Source: Thermodesulfobacteriota bacterium (GTDB taxonomy: Bacteria; Desulfobacterota_D; UBA1144; Nemesobacterales; JAJCZQ01). From it: a DNA stretch of 64,000 bases. Below the pieces are notes generated by a model that saw nothing but the letters and a program-made list of their open reading frames with translations, was not told the DNA's origin and ran no database searches. Shown here in pieces: positions 22,250-32,906 of the stretch. The translations under genes and the position numbers were made by a program. The DNA is taken from assembly GCA_965203965.1 (NCBI GenBank), contig CBDBDR010000017.1:278440-342439 (forward strand), written 5' to 3'. The number at the start of each line of letters is the position of its first letter. Position 1 is the stretch's first letter.

Positions 22250-24271
22250 ATGAGCACCCCGGACTTGGAAAGATCAGTTATCAGTTGTATAAGAGCATTG
22301 TCAATGGATGCGGTTCAAAAGGCAAATTCAGGTCATCCGGGCACACCTATGTCTCTTGCTCCCGTTGCATTCAAGTTGTGGGACAAGTTTATTGTGCATA
22401 ATCCCGCAAATCCAGATTGGGCAAACAGGGATCGTTTTGTTTTATCAGCCGGTCATGCTTCAATGCTGCTTTACAGTATTTTGCATATATATGGTTATGG
22501 CGTGAACCTCCAAGATATAAAAAATTTCAGACAACTGCACAGCAGATGTGCAGGTCATCCTGAACTCGGGCTTATTCCCGGGATTGAAACTACAACTGGC
22601 CCGCTTGGTCAGGGTGCTTCTGTGTCAGTAGGTATGGCTATTGCAGAAAAGTGGCTCGCGAGCTACTTTAACAAACCCGATTATGAGATCATAAATTACC
22701 ACGTATATTCCATACTCAGTGACGGGGATATTATGGAAGGTGTTACGTCCGAAGCTGCTTCTTTGGCGGGTCACCTTGGGCTTGGCAACGTTATCTGGAT
22801 ATATGACAACAACAATATCACGATTGAAGGTGATACAAAACTCGCTTTTTCAGAAGATGTTGAAAAGAGATTCCAATCATATAACTGGCACACACAACAT
22901 GTTGATGATGCAAATGATCTACAAAAACTGGAAAGTACAATAAGTCTGGCTAGAAAAGAAAAAGAGCATCCATCAATTATTATAATTGATAGTCAGATCG
23001 CTTATGGAAGTCCGAATAAGCAAGGTAAGTGTGAATCCCACGGGGCGCCGCTGGGAGAGGAAGAGGTAAGACTAGCTAAAGAGTTTTACGGATTGGATCC
23101 TGATAAGGTTTTTTACGTTGCAGATGAAGTTAAACAGTATGGAAATGAGGTTGCCAATAATGGTAGGGAATTGGAGCAACGTTGGAAAGATCTGTTTGAT
23201 GAGTATTCAGGTAAATATCCAGAACTTGCCCATGAGTTTGAACTTGTTCAAAGAGGGGAGCTTCCTGAAAATTGGGACAGTGAATTACCAGTTTTTTCGC
23301 CTGATCAGAAAAACGTACCTACCAGAAAAGCTAATAACAAAGTCATGAACGCGGTAGGAAAACGTGTGAAGTGGATGCTGGGAGGTGCTGCTGACGTTGG
23401 TTCTTCCACGAATACCTATCTGGATGGTACTAATAGCAATTCAAAAGACGAGCCCGGCGGACGGAATTTTCACTTTGGTATCAGAGAGCACGCCATGGCA
23501 GCGATTGCAAACGGTATGGCACTCAGCAAACTTCGTCCTTATGCTTCAACGTACTTTATATTTTCGGATTACTTAAAGCCGGCGCTGCGATTATCTGCAC
23601 TAATGAATCTTCCCGTTATCTATATTTTTACCCATGACAGTATTGGACTGGGTGAGGATGGTCCAACTCACCAGCCTGTTGAGCATTTACCTTCATTGCG
23701 ATCCACGCCTAACTTGGACGTTATCAGGCCTGCCGATCCTAATGAGCTCTCAGTCCTCTGGAAACACGCAATGATCACAAAGGATCATACAGTGGTTTTT
23801 GTTCTTACTCGTCAGGGTGTCCCCGTGATTGACAGACAAAAGTATTTGTCTGCCGAAGGTGCTTTGAAAGGGGGGTATGTAATAGCAGATTCAGACGGAG
23901 AGCCTGAAATAATTATTATTTCCACGGGTTCTGAGGTAAGTATTTGTCTCGGTGTCTATGAAAAACTGAAAGAAGAAGGGATAGGCTCCCGGGTGGTAAG
24001 TCTGCCTTGCTGGGATATTTTTGAAAGACAATCAAAACAATACAGAGAGAGCATATTACCTTCAAACATCACAAGGAGATTGTCTGTTGAAGCAGGCTCA
24101 ACTTTTGGTTGGGAGCGATACGTTGGTTACAACGGCAAGGGAAGGGCTTTCGGCATTGACCGCTTTGGCGAATCCGCTCCCGGTGGTGATTTAATGAAGG
24201 AATTTGGCTTCACAGTTGATAACCTTTATAAGGAAGCAAGAAAGATAATTTCTGATGGGTCAAAAGACTAA
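22250..24271 (+). CDS. tkt: Transketolase
   Basis: 673 aa. ThDP-binding GHPG…, …GDGDIMEG…, and a C-terminal transketolase domain. Confidence 0.9.
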   Translation: MSTPDLERSVISCIRALSMDAVQKANSGHPGTPMSLAPVAFKLWDKFIVHNPANPDWANRDRFVLSAGHASMLLYSILHIYGYGVNLQDIKNFRQLHSRCAGHPELGLIPGIETTTGPLGQGASVSVGMAIAEKWLASYFNKPDYEIINYHVYSILSDGDIMEGVTSEAASLAGHLGLGNVIWIYDNNNITIEGDTKLAFSEDVEKRFQSYNWHTQHVDDANDLQKLESTISLARKEKEHPSIIIIDSQIAYGSPNKQGKCESHGAPLGEEEVRLAKEFYGLDPDKVFYVADEVKQYGNEVANNGRELEQRWKDLFDEYSGKYPELAHEFELVQRGELPENWDSELPVFSPDQKNVPTRKANNKVMNAVGKRVKWMLGGAADVGSSTNTYLDGTNSNSKDEPGGRNFHFGIREHAMAAIANGMALSKLRPYASTYFIFSDYLKPALRLSALMNLPVIYIFTHDSIGLGEDGPTHQPVEHLPSLRSTPNLDVIRPADPNELSVLWKHAMITKDHTVVFVLTRQGVPVIDRQKYLSAEGALKGGYVIADSDGEPEIIIISTGSEVSICLGVYEKLKEEGIGSRVVSLPCWDIFERQSKQYRESILPSNITRRLSVEAGSTFGWERYVGYNGKGRAFGIDRFGESAPGGDLMKEFGFTVDNLYKEARKIISDGSKD

Positions 24272-25967
24272 TGCCTCTTTTTTACGTGATGGATATTGTG
24301 AGTATTTAACTATTCACAAAGATCCATTTAACGACAAGTTGTCTGATCCATTTACACTGGAACTGTCCAAGGGTATATGGTCAAAAAGCTACAAATTGTG
24401 GCAAGATAAGCCGGATGAGATTTCTAACAGGCTTGGGTGGTTAGAACTTCCAGATTTTATGACTTCCGTCACGGATTCTATTGACGAGTTTTCCCACCAA
24501 ATAGTAAGTAGTGGTTTTACTGATGTTCTTGTTATTGGTATGGGAGGGTCAAGTCTTGCATCTGAATTTTTTGAAAAGACTTTTTCATTGGAAAGAAAAC
24601 TATCTCTTACTGTAGTTGACACAACTGATCCAGAGGCAATAAGAGCTTTTGTAGGCTCTGTCAATCCTGAAAAAACCTTGATCGTTGTTTCTACAAAATC
24701 AGGGACGACGGCGGAGACAATTTCTTTAATGAGATATTTCTACCGTAAATTCTGTGAAAAACTGGGTGAAGATAGAGCAGGTGATAATTTTGTTGCAATT
24801 ACTGACCCCGGATCAGGTTTGGAAAAGATCGCAAAAATGTTGGATTTTAGAAGAATATTTCTTGGACTTCCTGATGTGGGAGGACGTTTTTCTGCACTTT
24901 CTCCTTTTGGTCTTGTTCCTGCTTCATTGATAGGTATGAACGTGAAAAAATTGCTGAAAGCAGCAAAGGGATGTGCCGAATTAACTAAATTAAATGATAT
25001 AAATAAAAACTTTCCTCTTAGACTTGGTTTGCTGATGGGATATTTTGTGGAACAAAAAATAGATAAGATGACTATTGTTGCTTCAAAGAACGCTAGATAT
25101 TTTGCCTACTGGGTGGAGCAACTTGTGGCTGAGAGCATCGGCAAAGAAGGGATTGGGATATTGCCAGTAATACAAGAAAGTATTTACGATAACGTGGAAT
25201 ACGGTGAGGACAGATTTTTCGTATTTTTGAAAATGAAAGGGGATGAAGATCTGCAAACAGAAGTGGAGTTGGCTTTAGACAAGAATATTCCAACTGTTTG
25301 CATGGAGATAGACGGCTTGTATGGTTTTGGCGATCAGCTTTTTGGTTGGGAGTTTGCAACGGCAGTATGTGGCGCAGCATTAAAAATAAATCCATTTGAC
25401 CAACCTGACGTTGAATACTCAAAAAAACATGCAAGAAATTTTGTAAATGAATACTTAAAGAGCAAATCCATGCCTGAATTGGATCCTTTGTTTGAATACG
25501 ATTGTCTCCGTTTTTTCTGCAACTCCAGTTTCAGAGATGTTAAAGGTTTTAGAGAATGGCTTTTTCAAAAAGCCAGCAAGGGTAAATACGTTGCAATTCA
25601 GGCATTTCTTACACCTTCGGATGAGAATGAAAAGATACTAAAAGATATGGTGGAGAATCTGTCTGCTAAACTCAGAGTTCCAGTAACTTTTGGTTTTGGT
25701 CCTAGGTATCTTCACTCAACTGGTCAGATGCATAAAGGTGACAGTGGAAATGGTGTTTTTATCCAACTTGTATCAAAGTCTATAAATGACGTTCCTATTC
25801 CTGATGATCCGTTTTCCGATAAGTCATCACTTGGTTTTGGGGTTTTAAAAAATGCTCAATCCCTTGGAGATTATCTTGCTTTGAAAGACAAAGGACGAGA
25901 CATTGCAAGGATAGATCTTGGTGACCATACGAGAGAAGGTTTAACAATACTTACAGGATTTATATAA
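24255..25967 (+). CDS. pgi: Glucose-6-phosphate isomerase (PGI family)
   Basis: …VLVIGMGGSSLASEFF… and PGI signature …LPDVGGRFSALSPFGLVPA… Overlaps tkt by 17 nt. Confidence 0.75.
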   Translation: MGQKTNASFLRDGYCEYLTIHKDPFNDKLSDPFTLELSKGIWSKSYKLWQDKPDEISNRLGWLELPDFMTSVTDSIDEFSHQIVSSGFTDVLVIGMGGSSLASEFFEKTFSLERKLSLTVVDTTDPEAIRAFVGSVNPEKTLIVVSTKSGTTAETISLMRYFYRKFCEKLGEDRAGDNFVAITDPGSGLEKIAKMLDFRRIFLGLPDVGGRFSALSPFGLVPASLIGMNVKKLLKAAKGCAELTKLNDINKNFPLRLGLLMGYFVEQKIDKMTIVASKNARYFAYWVEQLVAESIGKEGIGILPVIQESIYDNVEYGEDRFFVFLKMKGDEDLQTEVELALDKNIPTVCMEIDGLYGFGDQLFGWEFATAVCGAALKINPFDQPDVEYSKKHARNFVNEYLKSKSMPELDPLFEYDCLRFFCNSSFRDVKGFREWLFQKASKGKYVAIQAFLTPSDENEKILKDMVENLSAKLRVPVTFGFGPRYLHSTGQMHKGDSGNGVFIQLVSKSINDVPIPDDPFSDKSSLGFGVLKNAQSLGDYLALKDKGRDIARIDLGDHTREGLTILTGFI

Positions 25968-26020
25968 AGTCCTTTCAACTAAATTGATAGCAGTTTCACA
26001 CTCAAGTAAGCTAACCTTTC

Positions 26021-26722
26021 ATGTTGCGAAACGGCTTTGCAGAGATTAAGAGGAGAGCGGCAAATTTTGCGGTTGACTTTATAAAATCAGGAATGGTTGT
26101 AGGACTTGGCACGGGTAGCACTGCGCAGTGCGTGATCATGGAGATAGCCGAAAGGTTAGATCGGAAAGAGTTACACAGTCTCATTTTTATTCCAAGCTCG
26201 CTCAAAACAGCAAACTTTGCTTCCGATTTGGGTATTGAGTTGTCTGGTATTGATAAGGTTCAGAGAATTGACATAAATATAGATGGTGCTGATGAAGTTG
26301 ATGCAAGTGGCAACTTGATCAAAGGTGGGGGCGGTGCTCTTCTCAGGGAAAAAATCATTGCACAGAGCAGTAGGAGGAACGTTATTGTTGTTGATCAAAG
26401 TAAGATATCTACTGAATTGGGTGAAAATTGGCATCTGCCGGTTGAGGTTCTGCCATTTGGATATCGCTTAGAGATCTCATACATTGCTTCTCTGGGGGCA
26501 AAGCCTGAGATTAGAAAATGTGTTGAAGGGAAAAATTTTAAAACCGATCAAGGGAATTATATACTTGACTGTGACTTCGGTTTAATATCTGATCCACAGT
26601 GGCTTTCATCTAAATTAGAACAGAGGGCAGGTATTATAGAGCATGGGTTATTTGTTCAAACCACAAATGACCTGATTATTGGAAGACCTGATTCAGTTGA
26701 GCACAGGCATATTACTGGATAG
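26021..26722 (+). CDS. rpiA: Ribose-5-phosphate isomerase A
   Basis: Motifs GLGTGSTA and …DGADEVD…. Confidence 0.85.
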   Translation: MLRNGFAEIKRRAANFAVDFIKSGMVVGLGTGSTAQCVIMEIAERLDRKELHSLIFIPSSLKTANFASDLGIELSGIDKVQRIDINIDGADEVDASGNLIKGGGGALLREKIIAQSSRRNVIVVDQSKISTELGENWHLPVEVLPFGYRLEISYIASLGAKPEIRKCVEGKNFKTDQGNYILDCDFGLISDPQWLSSKLEQRAGIIEHGLFVQTTNDLIIGRPDSVEHRHITG

Positions 26723-27481
26723 ATGGAAATTTCAGGGATTATCGGGGTTGTAGTACTTTTTTTTACAGGCATTTTTGCTGCTTTCTTGAACGTTACGGCT
26801 GGTGGTGGTTCAAGTATTACCTTGCCCGTATTGATCTTTCTTGGTGTGGATCCAGTAATGGCTAATGGCACAAACCGTCTGGCTATAATGCTTCAAAATG
26901 CCTCTGCTTCTGCTTCTTTCAGAAATGAAAAAATTTACCAGAGTAAATACACTCTTATCTATGCCTTGCTAACTATCCCGGGGTCTATACTTGGTTCAAT
27001 ATATGCAACTGGGATTAGCAACGAGGCTTTTAAGAATGCGCTAGGTATAGTCCTAATAGGTGTTATGATCACAGTTATTCTGCCAAGGTCTAAGCAGGTT
27101 ATTGAGGGAGTTTCTCTCAGAAATAGGTTTTCTTGGCTTATATATCCCGGGTTTTTTATTCTTGGATTTTACGGGGGATTTATACAGGTTGGCATTGGTT
27201 TTATGATAATTGCTCTTATCCAACACACACTCCAAATTGATATGTTAAAAACCAATATGCACAAGACGTTTACAATTATGGTAATTAACATCCCAGCTTT
27301 GATAATATTTATTGCTACTGGCAATATGAACTGGGTTTTTGGAGTTGCACTTGCCATAGGTACTATGACAGGAGCATGGTGGGCGGCAAAGATTTCTGTG
27401 AGAAAAGGGGATGGGTTCATAAGATACTTTTTTGCACTTGGGTTAGTTGCGATATCAATGAGGCTTTTCGGGTTGATCTAG
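26723..27481 (+). CDS. TauE/SafE-family (DUF81) membrane exporter
   Basis: 252 aa, polytopic, with two internal repeats each carrying a GGGSS/GGF-type motif (…TAGGGSSITLPVLIFLGV…). Confidence 0.7.
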   Translation: MEISGIIGVVVLFFTGIFAAFLNVTAGGGSSITLPVLIFLGVDPVMANGTNRLAIMLQNASASASFRNEKIYQSKYTLIYALLTIPGSILGSIYATGISNEAFKNALGIVLIGVMITVILPRSKQVIEGVSLRNRFSWLIYPGFFILGFYGGFIQVGIGFMIIALIQHTLQIDMLKTNMHKTFTIMVINIPALIIFIATGNMNWVFGVALAIGTMTGAWWAAKISVRKGDGFIRYFFALGLVAISMRLFGLI

Positions 27482-29538
27482 CCGTCCGTAGCTGAAGAAA
27501 CTTTCCAAACCTCCTTCTGGTAATTGTTAAGGTTGTAGTATATTCCCCTGTTTTCCAAAAGTTCATGGTGAGTTCCTGTTTCCACTATACTGCCCTTGTG
27601 AATTACTATTATCCTGTCGGCATGGCGAACATTTGATAGCCTGTGAGCTATTATGAGGCGGGCTTTTTCATCCTGACTTCTTATAGATTTCTGTATGTTC
27701 TTTTCAATTTTAGCATCTATGTTTGAGGTTGCTTCATCCATGATCAGGAGAGTTGATTTCTTGTTCAGAGCCTTTATAAAGGACACCACCTGAATTTCAC
27801 CAGATGATAGCGTGCTTTTTTGGGTACTGATCTTTCTGTCTTCTCCTAAAAGGGATTTGATTTTTTCATAGTCCAATGGCTCGTCTAAAATATCTTTGCC
27901 AAAAAGGAACAAGTCTTGAAAGATCGCTGTTATGCTTGCCCTCAGAAAATTGTTGTCAACATCGTTTATGTTTACACCGTTAAAGAGAATCTCACCTCTT
28001 TGCACTTTATAGAATTTGAGAATCAAGTTCACCACTGTTGTCTTTCCCGACCCTGTAAGTCCGACCAGTGCCACCGTATCTCCGGGACATATCTTAAAAG
28101 ACACGTCTTTCAACGTCCAATCCCTGTCGTTATAGGAAAACCACACTTTCCTGAATTCTATTATTGTGGAAGAATAGGAGGGTTTTTTATTGCCACTTTT
28201 TTCGATCGGTTCATGGATCAGGTCATAGAGGTTTTCCGATGCAGCTACGGCAGATTGGAAGATATTGTATCGCTCGGATAGCTGTTGTATGGGGTTGAAC
28301 AACATTCTGACGTAATACAGGAAGGCTATGAGCCCGCCTATAGTGAGGTCGTGATTTATCACGCCGCGTCCTCCTTGCCAGAGTATCAATCCTACTCCGA
28401 GTATGCTGACGTATTCAATGAATGGTCTGAACATTGCATAAGTCCAGAGTTGTGACATATTTGCCGAGTAATTTTCTCTGTTTATGCTGTTAAATCTCTT
28501 AAAATTTTCATACTCTTTGTTGTATAGCTTTATAAGGGTTATTCCCTGAATGCTTTCCTGCACAAATGAATTGAGCTTCCCTATTGTAATGCGTATATTC
28601 CTGAACGCGGTTTTCAATCTCATCCTAAACAGCGCCGCTGCAAAAACGAGAAACAGAGTGAGGCAAAGTATTATCAGAGTCAACTTTGCATTCATTGTAA
28701 ACATGATTGAAATAATTCCTATAATGACCAGAATGTCCTTGATAAACTGAACAAGCACGGAGGTATACATTTCATTGATAGCATTTACGTCGTTTGTTAC
28801 CCTTGTGGTTATTCTTCCCACGGGGTTTTTGTCAAAAAAAGACTGAGGAAGCCGAAGGATGTAGGAGAATGCATTGTGTCTTATACTGTGCATTATCTTG
28901 TGTCCCGAATAAAACAAGGAATAGGTAAATGCTGAAGTAAAGATAAATACACCGAGCAATCCCAGAGAGATAAAAACAAAGTATTTTACAAGAAATTTGT
29001 AATTGTTAGAGCGTAAAAACTGTATCTCGTTCCGTTCCAATAATTCAAGATCATTGAGTTTGGCGTAGTATATCGTCCGTTCGGCTTTGTAAAATACGTT
29101 CTCGTTGCGGTTAAAAATGTCCAGAAATTGAGTTCTTTCTCTATTATCTATTCCAGATATATTGAAGACCATATATCTCGCATCAGTTATTGAGCCACTT
29201 TTTTCAAGGTTTGTACTATCCACCCGGTCAATTCTGGAGATATTAACAAGGTAGCTGCCGTCTTCCAACCTTATAACCTGTTCGGGATATTTGTTGATAA
29301 GTTGATCTGTATTTTTTATGCTTCCATCTGATCTGACCCAAGTGGGGTATATATAATTATCAACGGCATATTTAGTCAGATAAGGGATTGACACTTCCAA
29401 CGCTGCCGTAAGTATCATAAGAAGCAAGGAAAGTATGAAAAGTGGTCTGTGAGGTTTCACATAGCTTAGAAGCCATTTTATGATCTTGAGGTCGTATGTC
29501 CTTGTTCTCTTTTTCTCTTCAGATTGAAATGTGCTCAT
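27478..29538 (-). CDS. ABC exporter with fused transmembrane domain and nucleotide-binding domain, a large extracytoplasmic insertion (~130 aa) between TM1 and TM2, and a degenerate signature motif (LSSGE)
   Basis: Walker A GLTGSGKTT, Walker B LLIMDEATSNID, signature LSSGEIQV (non-canonical). 686 aa. Confidence 0.8.
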   Translation of the reverse strand: MSTFQSEEKKRTRTYDLKIIKWLLSYVKPHRPLFILSLLLMILTAALEVSIPYLTKYAVDNYIYPTWVRSDGSIKNTDQLINKYPEQVIRLEDGSYLVNISRIDRVDSTNLEKSGSITDARYMVFNISGIDNRERTQFLDIFNRNENVFYKAERTIYYAKLNDLELLERNEIQFLRSNNYKFLVKYFVFISLGLLGVFIFTSAFTYSLFYSGHKIMHSIRHNAFSYILRLPQSFFDKNPVGRITTRVTNDVNAINEMYTSVLVQFIKDILVIIGIISIMFTMNAKLTLIILCLTLFLVFAAALFRMRLKTAFRNIRITIGKLNSFVQESIQGITLIKLYNKEYENFKRFNSINRENYSANMSQLWTYAMFRPFIEYVSILGVGLILWQGGRGVINHDLTIGGLIAFLYYVRMLFNPIQQLSERYNIFQSAVAASENLYDLIHEPIEKSGNKKPSYSSTIIEFRKVWFSYNDRDWTLKDVSFKICPGDTVALVGLTGSGKTTVVNLILKFYKVQRGEILFNGVNINDVDNNFLRASITAIFQDLFLFGKDILDEPLDYEKIKSLLGEDRKISTQKSTLSSGEIQVVSFIKALNKKSTLLIMDEATSNIDAKIEKNIQKSIRSQDEKARLIIAHRLSNVRHADRIIVIHKGSIVETGTHHELLENRGIYYNLNNYQKEVWKVSSATDG

Positions 29539-29553
29539 TGAATTAGGCTATTA

Positions 29554-31281
29554 CTATACTGTCTGTATTTTATAGGTGCTTGAGTATATGCCGTCGGTTT
29601 TCATAAGCTCTTCATGGTTTCCGATCTCAACTACATTGCCGTTCTCAAAAACTGCGATTTTGTCAAAACTGCTTATTCTGGACGATATCCTGCTTGAGAT
29701 AACAATAAGGGTATTCCCTTTCATTATTTTGATAATGTTCTGCAAAACTAGGCTCTCTGTTTGCATATCAAGAGATGAGAGCACGTCGTCAAGTATGAGG
29801 ACTTTTGGTTTCAAGAGTATCGCCCGGGCAATTGCTATTCTCTGCCTCTGTCCCCCTGAAAGACTAAGTCCTCTTTCACCTACAACTGTGTTAAATCCTT
29901 CCGGAAATTCAATGATCTCGTTATAAATTGCTGCCATACTTGTTGCCTCTTCTATCTCCTGCTCGGTGATGTTCGGGTTCATAAATGTAATATTATTTTT
30001 TATTGAGCCGCTGAAGATAGTTGTGTTCTGTGGCACACACACTACTGATCTATTTATTATTTCTCTCGGTATTCTTGTTATATCTACCTCATCAATGAAT
30101 ATATGATTTTCCTCAGTGTCATAGACCTTCATCAACAGGTTTATAAGTGTTGTCTTTCCCGACCCGGTTCTCCCTGTAATTGCAAATGATGACCCACTTG
30201 GTATTTCAAAATTTATTTTGTTTAAAGCGGGTTGGCTTCTCTCGTTGTAAATAAACTCCAGATTATTGAACCTGATATTTCCATTTAGTGGCTGCTCGTA
30301 TGCGTTTTTTATGTTCTCCTTTTTCGGTTGAACTTCAAATATTGCATTTAGCCTGTTTATAGAAGCATTCCCTCTTTTAATTATGTCCACAGACCACCCC
30401 ATTGCCATCATAGGCCAGACTAGCATGGAGATGTAGAACAGCATAGCCGCGAATTTTCCAAGTGAGATTTCCAGATTGATCGTGCTGATACCTCCCACTA
30501 AAATGAATATTGCTGCTGAACTTCCCGCCATGAAAGTTATCAGAGGTTGATAGACCCCCCAGATCCTCACAAGATTTATATTCCTGTCCAAATAGTCAAT
30601 GCTTGCTTTTTCAAAGTCTTTAAGCTCAGGTTTTTCCCTGTTGAATGCTTTTACAACTTTTATCCCAGATATTGATTGTCTTGCACTTTCAGTAAGTTCA
30701 GAAAATGAATCCTGAGTTTTTTGAAACCTTTTTTCAATCTGGTTTCCGAACTTATACATGAAAAACCCGAGTAAAGGGAAAGGAATAAATGCGTAGAGAG
30801 TTAGCTCTGGTGAAACGAAAAGCATTGCTATGAATATAAAGCAGAAGAGAAAAATTCCATCGTATGCAACAAGTACACCCAAACCACATGAGAATTTCAG
30901 AGTTTCAATGTCACTGACGGTATGTGCCATCAGATCCCCGACTTTACGGGAAGAGAAGAAATCAAAATTCAGACTTTGTATATGTTTGAAGAAATCGTTT
31001 CTGAGAGAATTTTCTATTTTTCTTGCTGATCCCATTATGAAATATCTCCAGCCAAGTCTGAAAACCGCCATGAAAAATCCCAGTCCGAGTATGTAGAGGC
31101 TATATCTTGTTATAAGGGCAGTATCCAGTTGATCCGGCTCTGTAAGGGTGTCAATTATCCACTGGATGATCTTTGGAACGGCAAGCTGGGCAATATCAAC
31201 AAGAGACAGGCATACAACACCAGCCAGAAAAGAGTATTTGTATTGAAATAGAAGGGATTTGATACTTTTTTTCTTGAACAA
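29554..31281 (-). CDS. ABC exporter (fused transmembrane and nucleotide-binding domains), the partner half of a heterodimeric exporter. Its Walker B has DD instead of DE.
   Basis: Walker A GRTGSGKTT, signature LSGGQRQRIAIARA, Walker B VLILDDVLSSLD. 575 aa. Confidence 0.8.
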   Translation of the reverse strand: MFKKKSIKSLLFQYKYSFLAGVVCLSLVDIAQLAVPKIIQWIIDTLTEPDQLDTALITRYSLYILGLGFFMAVFRLGWRYFIMGSARKIENSLRNDFFKHIQSLNFDFFSSRKVGDLMAHTVSDIETLKFSCGLGVLVAYDGIFLFCFIFIAMLFVSPELTLYAFIPFPLLGFFMYKFGNQIEKRFQKTQDSFSELTESARQSISGIKVVKAFNREKPELKDFEKASIDYLDRNINLVRIWGVYQPLITFMAGSSAAIFILVGGISTINLEISLGKFAAMLFYISMLVWPMMAMGWSVDIIKRGNASINRLNAIFEVQPKKENIKNAYEQPLNGNIRFNNLEFIYNERSQPALNKINFEIPSGSSFAITGRTGSGKTTLINLLMKVYDTEENHIFIDEVDITRIPREIINRSVVCVPQNTTIFSGSIKNNITFMNPNITEQEIEEATSMAAIYNEIIEFPEGFNTVVGERGLSLSGGQRQRIAIARAILLKPKVLILDDVLSSLDMQTESLVLQNIIKIMKGNTLIVISSRISSRISSFDKIAVFENGNVVEIGNHEELMKTDGIYSSTYKIQTV

Positions 31282-31441
31282 AAAAAACGACCTTTGGAAA
31301 TCGGGATTTTGAACTTTGTCAGGGTATAATATACCCGTGTAATTGTTAATTGATTTGCTACGATGTTAAATGGTAATAAATATAATGTTGCAGAAAATGT
31401 AAAAACAAAGAAATCCTTCTCTGCTTTCAACTAAAAATTTA

Positions 31442-31470
31442 TTGAAAATGATCAGTAAATCTGGTATTAT
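31442..31470 (+). promoter_or_regulatory. Sigma70-like promoter for gltA (-35 TTGAAA, 17-bp spacer, -10 TATTAT)
   Basis: Read directly from the sequence; a strong AAGGAGG RBS sits upstream of the gltA ATG. Confidence 0.35.
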
Positions 31471-31533
31471 CCATAAGCAGTTTTAGTTAGATATTATTAA
31501 AACCTATTCGTAACCACTCCAAGGAGGTTTTTT

Positions 31534-32826
31534 ATGGAAAAGAAAAAGGACACACTTACTATAACAGACAATAGAAACGGTAAGGTTTACGAAATTCCAA
31601 TAGAAAATGAAACTATTAGGGCAACGGACCTGAGGCAGATCAAACTGAAAGACGAAGATTTTGGAATGATGAGCTACGACCCTGCTTTTGGTAACACGGC
31701 ATCTTGTAAAAGCAAAGTTACTTTCATTGATGGTGAAAAAGGTATCTTACGCTACAGGGGCTATTCAATTGATGAGCTTGCTAAAAAAAGTTCTTTTCTT
31801 GAGGTTTCATACTTACTGCTTTATGGGGAGCTACCTACAAAAAAGCAGCTTGATGGTTTTACGCATGACATAATCCATCACACATACCTACATGAAAATA
31901 TTAAAAAGTTAGTTGATAGTTTCAGATATGATGCGCACCCGATGGGAATGCTCATGGGCACTGTTGCCGCACTTTCAACTTTCTATCCTGAAGCAAAAAA
32001 TATTTTTGACACTGAAAACAATGAACTTCAGATAAAACGGTTGATAGCAAAACTGCCAACCATCGCAGCGTTTTCCTACAGGCATATAATGGGACTCCCT
32101 TACATATACCCTGATAACGATCTCAGCTATACCGGGAATTTTCTCAATATGATGTTTAGAATGGCAGAGTTGAAATATGAACCAAACAAAGCTATTGAGA
32201 AAGCCATTGACGTTTTATTTATACTCCATGCAGATCATGAACAAAATTGCAGTGCAAGCGCAATGAGAAGTGTGGGAAGTTCTCAACCCGATCCCTATAC
32301 GTCAACCGCATCCGCTATAGGTGCTTTATACGGCCCATTGCATGGTGGTGCGAATGAAGCCGTTCTTCAAATGCTTCAGGAAATAGGATCAAAGGACAAG
32401 ATCCCCGAATATATTGAACGGGCTAAACGCGGTGAATTTAGACTTATGGGTTTTGGTCACAGGGTTTATAAAGCCTATGATCCAAGAGCCAAGATAATAA
32501 AAGATGCAGCACACGAGGTATTTGAAGAGACGGGGAAAAACCCTCTTCTTGAAATTGCACTTGAGCTTGAAAGAATAGCTCTTGAAGATGACTACTTCGT
32601 AAAACGCCGCTTATATCCAAATGTAGATTTCTATTCTGGGTTGATATATCAGAGTATGGGCCTGCCAACAAGCATGTTTACAGTGCTTTTTGCGATTGGA
32701 AGAACTCCCGGTTGGCTTGCACAATGGAAGGAGATGTTAGAAGACCCAGAAACAAGGATTGCAAGACCGCGGCAGGTTTATCTCGGATATGATCTAAGAG
32801 ATTATTCACCAAAATCCAAAAGATAG
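31534..32826 (+). CDS. gltA: Citrate synthase (type II)
   Basis: 430 aa. …GFGHRVYKAYDPRA… and other citrate synthase signatures. Confidence 0.9.
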   Translation: MEKKKDTLTITDNRNGKVYEIPIENETIRATDLRQIKLKDEDFGMMSYDPAFGNTASCKSKVTFIDGEKGILRYRGYSIDELAKKSSFLEVSYLLLYGELPTKKQLDGFTHDIIHHTYLHENIKKLVDSFRYDAHPMGMLMGTVAALSTFYPEAKNIFDTENNELQIKRLIAKLPTIAAFSYRHIMGLPYIYPDNDLSYTGNFLNMMFRMAELKYEPNKAIEKAIDVLFILHADHEQNCSASAMRSVGSSQPDPYTSTASAIGALYGPLHGGANEAVLQMLQEIGSKDKIPEYIERAKRGEFRLMGFGHRVYKAYDPRAKIIKDAAHEVFEETGKNPLLEIALELERIALEDDYFVKRRLYPNVDFYSGLIYQSMGLPTSMFTVLFAIGRTPGWLAQWKEMLEDPETRIARPRQVYLGYDLRDYSPKSKR

Positions 32827-32843
32827 AAAAGACAGTTTTAATA

Positions 32844-32880
32844 AAGATAAGCAGGGTTTTGTTGATCCCCTGCTTATCTT
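32844..32880. terminator. Perfect 13-bp-stem hairpin (aagataagcaggg-N11-ccctgcttatctt). A bidirectional terminator between gltA and the GC-rich RM island.
   Basis: Read directly. A/T-rich flanks on both sides. Confidence 0.5.
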
Positions 32881-32906
32881 TGGGGATTTATATATGAAAA
32901 TCTCAT

